Shown here: positions 29,718 through 36,033 of the stretch, one piece after another
How positions within the stretch are numbered: position 1 is the stretch's first letter
Layout: every line of letters starts with the position of its first letter
Assembly: GCA_045046875.1 (NCBI GenBank)
Contig: JASFYY010000065.1
Coordinates: 1 to 43,363 of the forward strand
Direction of reading: 5' to 3'
Source: Verrucomicrobiota bacterium
GTDB lineage: Bacteria; Verrucomicrobiota; Verrucomicrobiia; Verrucomicrobiales; DEV007
Length of the DNA stretch: 43,363 bases
Made by a program: the position numbers and the translations under genes
Notes under the pieces: generated by a model
What the model was told of the DNA's origin: nothing
The model's input: only the letters and a program-made list of their open reading frames with translations
Databases searched by the model: none

Positions 29718-30773
29718 TCAAGTCCAAGTCCCGGCTGTCATCAAATTACTCCGCATCAAAGAATTCGAGTCAATATATTTTCCGGAAACTGGCCCGACGA
29801 AATTGAGTTCGGGATCACTATCAAGTTGTGCCTGGTAGTTCTTGTATTCCCGCGATTCTTCATAATGATTTCCAGATTCTACAGCGAAGCGGACTTTTTC
29901 TCGAAAAAACGACAGGAATTTAAAGTGCAATAACGCCCCGGTGGGAGAGTGATGATGCCTATGATGACCATTATTCAGAAATTTTGGCAGCATCAGGTGA
30001 GTGCCTAAAGAAGACACGTAATTCCGCTCCCATTTCACCAGCGGGATTTTATTCATCGCAGGTGCCCCATCGAGTATCCCCCTATTGATAACGCGAAGCC
30101 GGGGCCCTCCTCTAACCCAGACCCCCCCCCCCTCTTTATGTCCAGCCTCAGCGTAATATCCTGAGGCATCAAATAATGGCGCCACTTCGAGCGGATGTTG
30201 CCCTTTTTTTAAAACCGCATCCTCAACCGGTCCGTCTGGGTACATGTCGATGAGCAATGAAAATAATGACGGGCTTTTGAGGTCGTCCAGATGAGCAAGC
30301 AACTCACGAAAAGTTCGCGTCTCCATGAAAGGGAAAACAAAATACTCATCAATATCAACGTTTAAAACCCAATGACCAATCGCAAATCTGGGAAGAATGG
30401 CATTCAGCCAATCAGTGCTCCAGTGAGAATCCTCGAAAGGCTCATCTGTTCTCCAAAGCGAGCAGTCCTCTTGTGAGGCGAGAATATCAGCTACGGGATC
30501 AATAGAGAGATTGTCGATGAAAAAAAAGTGGTCTACTCCTAGATCTCGATAGTATTGCAAGAAATGAGGAATGCGGATATTTTCGTCTCGCGACAACGTT
30601 AATAGCAGCACATCGCCTGGCTTAATCCGCCCTGTCCGATCATAAATAGGCTGCATCTGTTGCCAGGACTTATCACCCGCCTTCAAACGATCCGTAATAT
30701 TCGGATACCTTGCGAAACGCTGTCGAAACCGCCGAGTGCGCCGAGCGATGAAACGCTTGGACCCCCTAATCAT
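29718..30773 (-). CDS. GT2 glycosyltransferase (Glyco_tranf_2_4-like)
   Basis: RDE..RIPHFL.YY..LGV..F..IDN, VDIDEY, LIDMYP, GGPR.R, NKIPLVKW, TGALLHFKF. Confidence 0.88.
   Translation of the reverse strand: MIRGSKRFIARRTRRFRQRFARYPNITDRLKAGDKSWQQMQPIYDRTGRIKPGDVLLLTLSRDENIRIPHFLQYYRDLGVDHFFFIDNLSIDPVADILASQEDCSLWRTDEPFEDSHWSTDWLNAILPRFAIGHWVLNVDIDEYFVFPFMETRTFRELLAHLDDLKSPSLFSLLIDMYPDGPVEDAVLKKGQHPLEVAPLFDASGYYAEAGHKEGGGVWVRGGPRLRVINRGILDGAPAMNKIPLVKWERNYVSSLGTHLMLPKFLNNGHHRHHHSPTGALLHFKFLSFFREKVRFAVESGNHYEESREYKNYQAQLDSDPELNFVGPVSGKYIDSNSLMRSNLMTAGTWT
30122..30132. repeat. C11 (G11 on coding strand) homopolymer in the GT2 gene
   Basis: Sequence a-ccccccccccc-tc, codons GAG GGG GGG GGG GTC. 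Confidence 0.9.
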
Positions 30774-33486
30774 GGTTTCGATCGACTAAATGCAATGGCG
30801 TTGAGCTCAATGGCCCATCAACATAGGTCTGCAAGGATGACACTATTAATTCCAGACGGTTTTGTAACATGTGATAAAAGACGGCGTAATTATGTTGCTC
30901 CAAGGGCGATATATTCGAGTCATTTTTAGACCGTTGATGCACTCCTTCGAGAACGCCTTCTATACCAACAATATCATGCCCCTTCAAAACCTCAAACCGC
31001 TTTGCCAATCCCGGATAATCCTGAACAACTTTGGCCAAATCAGCAATATCAGCTGTAACAACAGGTACTTGCCCGCAGAGCAATGCGTCAAAAAAGCGCT
31101 GGGACAGATCTCGGAAAAGCGGCAGGCATAGCGAAGTCCGGTAGCGACACCATTCAGCAAAACGCTCCTCCGCCGGAAGGGCGAAATACGCGGAAAGATT
31201 ATATTCCTCCACTAGGTTCAGCGCATGCGTATCAAGGTGTTTCTGCAAAGCTGCCACAAACCCATTCCTTCGCACAGCCGTTGCATAGCGAACAAACCCC
31301 CCATACAAGAATCTGGAGCGATCCCCATGCCCATGCTTGGCAAAAAGCGTTTTTGCCTCGGCGGCAGTCCACTGGGTGACGCAAAGTGGCACCGAAGGCA
31401 GCAACACGTTCCGGCGGGAAACCAACACCTCGCGACAGAAGTCGTGGGCGGCGATACAAGCATGAAAGTGCTGCGCAATCTCAACATTGCCAAGAGCCTG
31501 GTGATGATTGTCCCAGAACCAACCAATCAGAGGACAATCCGGAAACCGCTTCGCGAGCATAGGAATAAGTTCCTCCTCCGTCCCGTATTGATGCACTAGG
31601 ATTAAAATCAACTGACCAGGCACAATCTGATCCGGGTTGATGGTTTCCACAAAATTTGCCTGATAACCGAGTGCCGAAAAATGCTCGCGAATCTCACGTG
31701 CAGTGTCCGGACTGAAAATTTTACCCAAGCGGGAACTCATGATGGTTATCCGTGGCTCATCACTTGCAAAGTGCTTGCCTAACAAGGTCCGGAGATGCCG
31801 CTCCGCTTCAGGCGATGTGAACGACTCTTTGACTATTAATGAGCGCTGCCCAACCTGCTGAAAAATTTCGCGGGTGTGTAGTGGTTCGATCGGTTGAAGC
31901 GGAATGGGGCGATAAAGCCCAGTCTTCCCGCAGTGTCGAACGGGTTCCTGGCGCGATACTATGGCAAAACAAAGCGCATATTGCAGTGCATCGGGACCGG
32001 CCAATGCCGGGAGCAGGTTTACGCCCTCAGCAAAAATGTCGGGCGTAACGAGGAACCAACCATCTGAAAGAAATTGCTGGGCAAGCCAGTCTTCTTCGAT
32101 TCGTGTGAGCCGGTCGGGCGAGAGTTCGGCAAGATGTGATGCGCCGCTACGGGCACTGATTCTCTCTCTTGTAAAAACCGCTGTATCAAATACGAACGCA
32201 GCAGAATCAGACTCTTCCCGGCTCTCTGCAGCATTGGGGGAAATTGACCCTGGTGCTCCGGGGCCAAGGATTTCCCCAGCTTCGAACCAGCCCACGTAAT
32301 CACCAGTAATCTTGTCAGCCGCATCGCGAATCAAATCTATGCATTCCGAATTCCCCGAAAAAAAACAAACCTCCACACCTTCGCATCGATCCATCCGCTC
32401 GCGCGTTTTTGCGGCGATCCGGTTCGTATTACCAACAATTATAAGCTGAAGCCCCTGCGCATTTTGGTTCAAAATCGATAGAACACTTTCATGACACGCC
32501 TCCGGCGATGCCTCATCGCTAACAAAAAGAACAAGAGAAACCTGAACCGATTTCCTTGGTTCAGGAGATTGAAATTGCGGCCATATCAACCCGTCCTGGA
32601 CAGGCATGCTAAATAAGCCGTTGTCCCGATCATCCTTATCGACAGTCGCTTGCATCAATCCGTGACGAAGACATGCGTCTATTACCGGGTCATTCTCATG
32701 CTGTTTTGCAATGAAAATTTCAGTCGCGCTCTTGATGAAATCATTAAGAGAGCCCGCAGCCGGACATAAAATATAAAGATCCAGCAGTGTGAGCCAATCG
32801 GAAGGTTCCACCATATCACTCGCAAGAGCTTCACGGAAAACCGGCATAAGCTCATCATCTAGAAATTCAGCCTCAAGCAACGCGGCATTGGCGCGAGCAC
32901 TAGCCGCCTTCAATCGGCACTCAAAAGCCCATCGTTTGATTTGGAGGTCGGTGCAAGCCTCGACACTGAGTGTGAGCCAGCTTTCGGAATCATTTTCCGG
33001 ATCTGTCCTGGAGGCCAGTGCAGCCTCCACCTCCTCGAAAAAACCATACTCCATTAACACGGCAACAAGGTTGGCCATATCAAATCGCAACAAACGCCGT
33101 CTGAGTTCTGCACGCTCCGCCGCAGATGATTCATGCCATTTTTTCACGATCACCGCAAGATCAGCCGGACACCATATCCACTTGTCACCGAAACTATTCA
33201 CGGAAACAGATTCGGCAATGATTACACCATCTTCAACCCGCTCGAGAGTGATCGGAAACTCCTGTCCTTGCTCGTCAAAGGCTCGCAGAGGAACGATCAA
33301 TTCGAACCCGCATCGGGCTTCGCAGATGCCGGCAGCCTTCACATCCACACGCTCGATATCAGCTCTTACTTTGGTAACTTCGATGGAGCCAATTTTTGCG
33401 CAAACCATCGCTTGTGTTCCCGGCACCGCCGGAGCACACCAGCCGATGATCCGGTTGCCTTCAACTTGGTCGACGTAACCCTTCAT
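30766..33486 (-). CDS. Multidomain glycosyltransferase-like protein (N-terminal beta domain, degenerate GT-A, C-terminal GT-B/exostosin-like)
   Basis: Start MKGYVDQVEGNRIIGW (ATGA overlap at 33483-33486); SILNQ/GDYV GT-A remnant; WFWDNHH...SQRFFDALLCGQVPVV. Confidence 0.65.
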   Translation of the reverse strand: MKGYVDQVEGNRIIGWCAPAVPGTQAMVCAKIGSIEVTKVRADIERVDVKAAGICEARCGFELIVPLRAFDEQGQEFPITLERVEDGVIIAESVSVNSFGDKWIWCPADLAVIVKKWHESSAAERAELRRRLLRFDMANLVAVLMEYGFFEEVEAALASRTDPENDSESWLTLSVEACTDLQIKRWAFECRLKAASARANAALLEAEFLDDELMPVFREALASDMVEPSDWLTLLDLYILCPAAGSLNDFIKSATEIFIAKQHENDPVIDACLRHGLMQATVDKDDRDNGLFSMPVQDGLIWPQFQSPEPRKSVQVSLVLFVSDEASPEACHESVLSILNQNAQGLQLIIVGNTNRIAAKTRERMDRCEGVEVCFFSGNSECIDLIRDAADKITGDYVGWFEAGEILGPGAPGSISPNAAESREESDSAAFVFDTAVFTRERISARSGASHLAELSPDRLTRIEEDWLAQQFLSDGWFLVTPDIFAEGVNLLPALAGPDALQYALCFAIVSRQEPVRHCGKTGLYRPIPLQPIEPLHTREIFQQVGQRSLIVKESFTSPEAERHLRTLLGKHFASDEPRITIMSSRLGKIFSPDTAREIREHFSALGYQANFVETINPDQIVPGQLILILVHQYGTEEELIPMLAKRFPDCPLIGWFWDNHHQALGNVEIAQHFHACIAAHDFCREVLVSRRNVLLPSVPLCVTQWTAAEAKTLFAKHGHGDRSRFLYGGFVRYATAVRRNGFVAALQKHLDTHALNLVEEYNLSAYFALPAEERFAEWCRYRTSLCLPLFRDLSQRFFDALLCGQVPVVTADIADLAKVVQDYPGLAKRFEVLKGHDIVGIEGVLEGVHQRSKNDSNISPLEQHNYAVFYHMLQNRLELIVSSLQTYVDGPLSSTPLHLVDRNHD

Positions 33487-34595
33487 GGCTTCGACTCCAA
33501 AATTTGATGATAAAATTCGATCAAAGAATCCGCCTTCAGTTTGGGATGGCATTTCTTTTCGGCGGCTTGTGTCGAACCCTCACTCAATTTTTCGGCCAAG
33601 CCCGGGGTCGAAGTCAGCTCAGTGACCGCTTCACAAATGTCATCCGAATGGTTCATTTCACATTTAAAAACCTCTTCCCTATCCGCAAACGCAGACAAAC
33701 AGGGTAACTCCGGGCATATAATCGGACGACCAAGCGCCATCATCTCGGGAATTTTCGATGGATAACGGTAGTTCTCAAAAGGCCCGAGCCGACCCGGTTG
33801 CACAAATAAGTCCGCTGCTGCCATAATTTCCGGCAAGTCACAGCGCGAGACAAAACCGAGATCAACCAGATGATCTTCCGCTCCCTCGACGGGCATACCC
33901 ATTCCTGTTCGCACGAGTATTACCGACATGTGTTCCGCAAGACTCTCCACTGCCTGATACAAGAACCCGACATCTTTCCGATTAACTCGATGCACGTTCC
34001 CCGAATACACAATGACCAATGAGTCATCCGCAATGCCATGTTCATGACGCCACCCATCATTACGAGGCTTTTGGCCAAAAAGCCTGTCATCATAAGGAGC
34101 TCCCAAGGTCAAATATTGGCGCTCCCCCACTGGCATGATTTCTCGAAGCGAATCGGTGACAAAGGTGAATCCATCCGCTTGCTCAATAAATCCTTGCCCT
34201 TGCTCTGGATCAAAAAAACCCAGATTGGATCCCGCTGCGATTATCTCGGGCTGACAAGCCTCTGCCAGCAAAACTTCGTTATCTTCAAAGTGAATGACCA
34301 ATTTGTATTTTTCCGAACTCGCCTTACAAATCTTCTCCCAAAGCAAGCGCACCACTTCCCTCGGCGTCCATGCACAGACAATATCCGGACGAAACTCCCT
34401 GAGATGCCGTCTCGTGTTTGCGGAAAAATCTGCATGACTGGATGTCCGGTAAATCAACGGCTCGGAAAGTTCCTCGTTTCCAGCATGCACCACCATTACT
34501 TCATGGCCGAGTCCAACCAACCTGGAAGCAAATATATCAGCATGGTAGCCACTGTTGCAATTAAGGTCTGAATAGAGAAGGAAAATAATTTTCAT
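33483..34595 (-). CDS. GT4 glycosyltransferase
   Basis: NSGYH, VYSGNVH..N, ADLFVQPG...F..YRYPSKIPEMMALGRP. Confidence 0.88.
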   Translation of the reverse strand: MKIIFLLYSDLNCNSGYHADIFASRLVGLGHEVMVVHAGNEELSEPLIYRTSSHADFSANTRRHLREFRPDIVCAWTPREVVRLLWEKICKASSEKYKLVIHFEDNEVLLAEACQPEIIAAGSNLGFFDPEQGQGFIEQADGFTFVTDSLREIMPVGERQYLTLGAPYDDRLFGQKPRNDGWRHEHGIADDSLVIVYSGNVHRVNRKDVGFLYQAVESLAEHMSVILVRTGMGMPVEGAEDHLVDLGFVSRCDLPEIMAAADLFVQPGRLGPFENYRYPSKIPEMMALGRPIICPELPCLSAFADREEVFKCEMNHSDDICEAVTELTSTPGLAEKLSEGSTQAAEKKCHPKLKADSLIEFYHQILESKP

Positions 34596-34680
34596 ATCAC
34601 TAAGGGGGCGGAGACCGCAACCTTTTTACTATACCGAAACTTATGCTCAATAAAAATATAGCAAACTATCACAACCGGAC
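34592..34680 (-). pseudogene. Possible 3' remnant of an Acyltransferase-3 (OafA-like) gene
   Basis: Frame reads VVIVCYIFIEHKFRYSKK, resembling SYxxIExxxR, and its TGA overlaps the GT4 ATG (ATGA). Confidence 0.3.
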
Positions 34681-34817
34681 ATGGGGGTAAAATCTTACTT
34701 CCCACATGCAGCCCCGTATAGCTACAAAATGGACAGCCATGAAAATCCACCCTACAATGAAGCCCTCGGCACACTCTGTGAGCTCAAACAACTAGATTAC
34801 AAAGCCTTTCTGCGCTT

Positions 34818-35948
34818 ATGAAAATCACCTTTGTGACAGATACCTACGCCCCCCAGCCTAACGGTGTCGCCATGACCTTACAACTACTCGTCAAGCAACT
34901 TCGCAAAAGTGGAAAACAAGTGGACGTCATTCGACCAGGCGTGCTCGACTGCGAGGAAGAAGGCCTGAAGGTGCCTTCTGTCGCCCTGCCTGTATATACA
35001 GACATCCGCGTAGGTTTTCCTATGCGTAAGACCCTTCAAGCGCGCTGGCTCAAAAATCGGCCCGACATCATTTATGTAGCCTCAGGATGGACTCTCGGAG
35101 CCTCTGCCATCACTGCTGCTCGCAACCTGAAGATTCCTGTTGTCTCTGGATTTCATACCAATTTCCAACAGTACATGAGCTACTACAATGCATCGATACT
35201 GGAGCGCCCTACCTTAAGATATCTGCGACGGGCTTATAACCGTGCCAACTGCACCTTCGTCTCTTCTGCTGACGTAGTCGAACAATTACACTCCGAAGGC
35301 TTTCACAACTTGGAATTAATGCCTCGAGGCGTCGACACCCAACTGTTTTCACCGCACAAAAGAGACCCCATGCTAAGGGTAAAATGGGGGCTTCGTGAAA
35401 GTGCCGGCCTGGCAGGTCTCTATGTCGGCAGAATGGCAGCGGAAAAAAACCTCCCACTGACTGTGCGGACCTTTACTGAAATTCGCCATCGAATTCCGGA
35501 CTTTCAGGGTATTTTTATCGGTGAAGGCCCGAAGCTTGCCAAGCTAAAACGACAGCATCCGGAGTTCATCTACCCCGGTACCAAATTTGGAGAAGAGTTG
35601 GCACGCCACTACGCCTCAGCCGATCTATTTGTATTCTCAAGCGAGACTGAAACTTTTGGCAATGTAACCCTCGAGGCAATGGCCAGTGGACTGTGCGTGC
35701 TCGCTTACGACTACGCAGCGGCACAACAACATATCAACAACAGAGTCAACGGTTACAGCGTTCCGCTCGGCAATGAGAAAGTTTTTATAGAATCTGCTTT
35801 GACTGCAGCCACCAACCCTCACTTATCAGAATTACGTTTAGGGGCGCGAAACAGCGCTGAGAAAGCTAGCTCCGATAGAGCCATAAAAAAATTTGAATTG
35901 AAGCTACTCAAGCTCATCGAACGCCAGAAACCCTGCACATTTACTTAA
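34818..35948 (+). CDS. GT4 glycosyltransferase (MgtA/PimB-like, often lipid acceptors)
   Basis: VTDTY.PQPNGVAMTL, SGFHTNF, RGVD..LFSP, YVGR.A.EKN, YASADLF.FSS.TETFGNV.LEAMASG. Confidence 0.9.
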   Translation: MKITFVTDTYAPQPNGVAMTLQLLVKQLRKSGKQVDVIRPGVLDCEEEGLKVPSVALPVYTDIRVGFPMRKTLQARWLKNRPDIIYVASGWTLGASAITAARNLKIPVVSGFHTNFQQYMSYYNASILERPTLRYLRRAYNRANCTFVSSADVVEQLHSEGFHNLELMPRGVDTQLFSPHKRDPMLRVKWGLRESAGLAGLYVGRMAAEKNLPLTVRTFTEIRHRIPDFQGIFIGEGPKLAKLKRQHPEFIYPGTKFGEELARHYASADLFVFSSETETFGNVTLEAMASGLCVLAYDYAAAQQHINNRVNGYSVPLGNEKVFIESALTAATNPHLSELRLGARNSAEKASSDRAIKKFELKLLKLIERQKPCTFT

Positions 35949-36033
35949 TTTTTTCCCATTGTGATTCCACCAAAATTTTCCAATCTGGATTGTCCCCTGT
36001 TGGAAACTTGGGCTAAGTGATTTTCTTGGTTTT

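Noticed and set aside
6580..32365. A8/T8-T9 runs (6580, 10748, 18374, 29174, 30520, 32358)
   Set aside because: Expected from Lys/Phe codons; weak evidence for phase variation compared with the G tracts.
32789..33478. 229-aa Ser/Ala-rich plus-strand ORF
   Set aside because: Antisense shadow of the 30766 gene.
830..36033. Mobile-element signatures at the locus borders
   Set aside because: I found no integrase, transposase, tRNA or convincing flanking direct repeat by eye.
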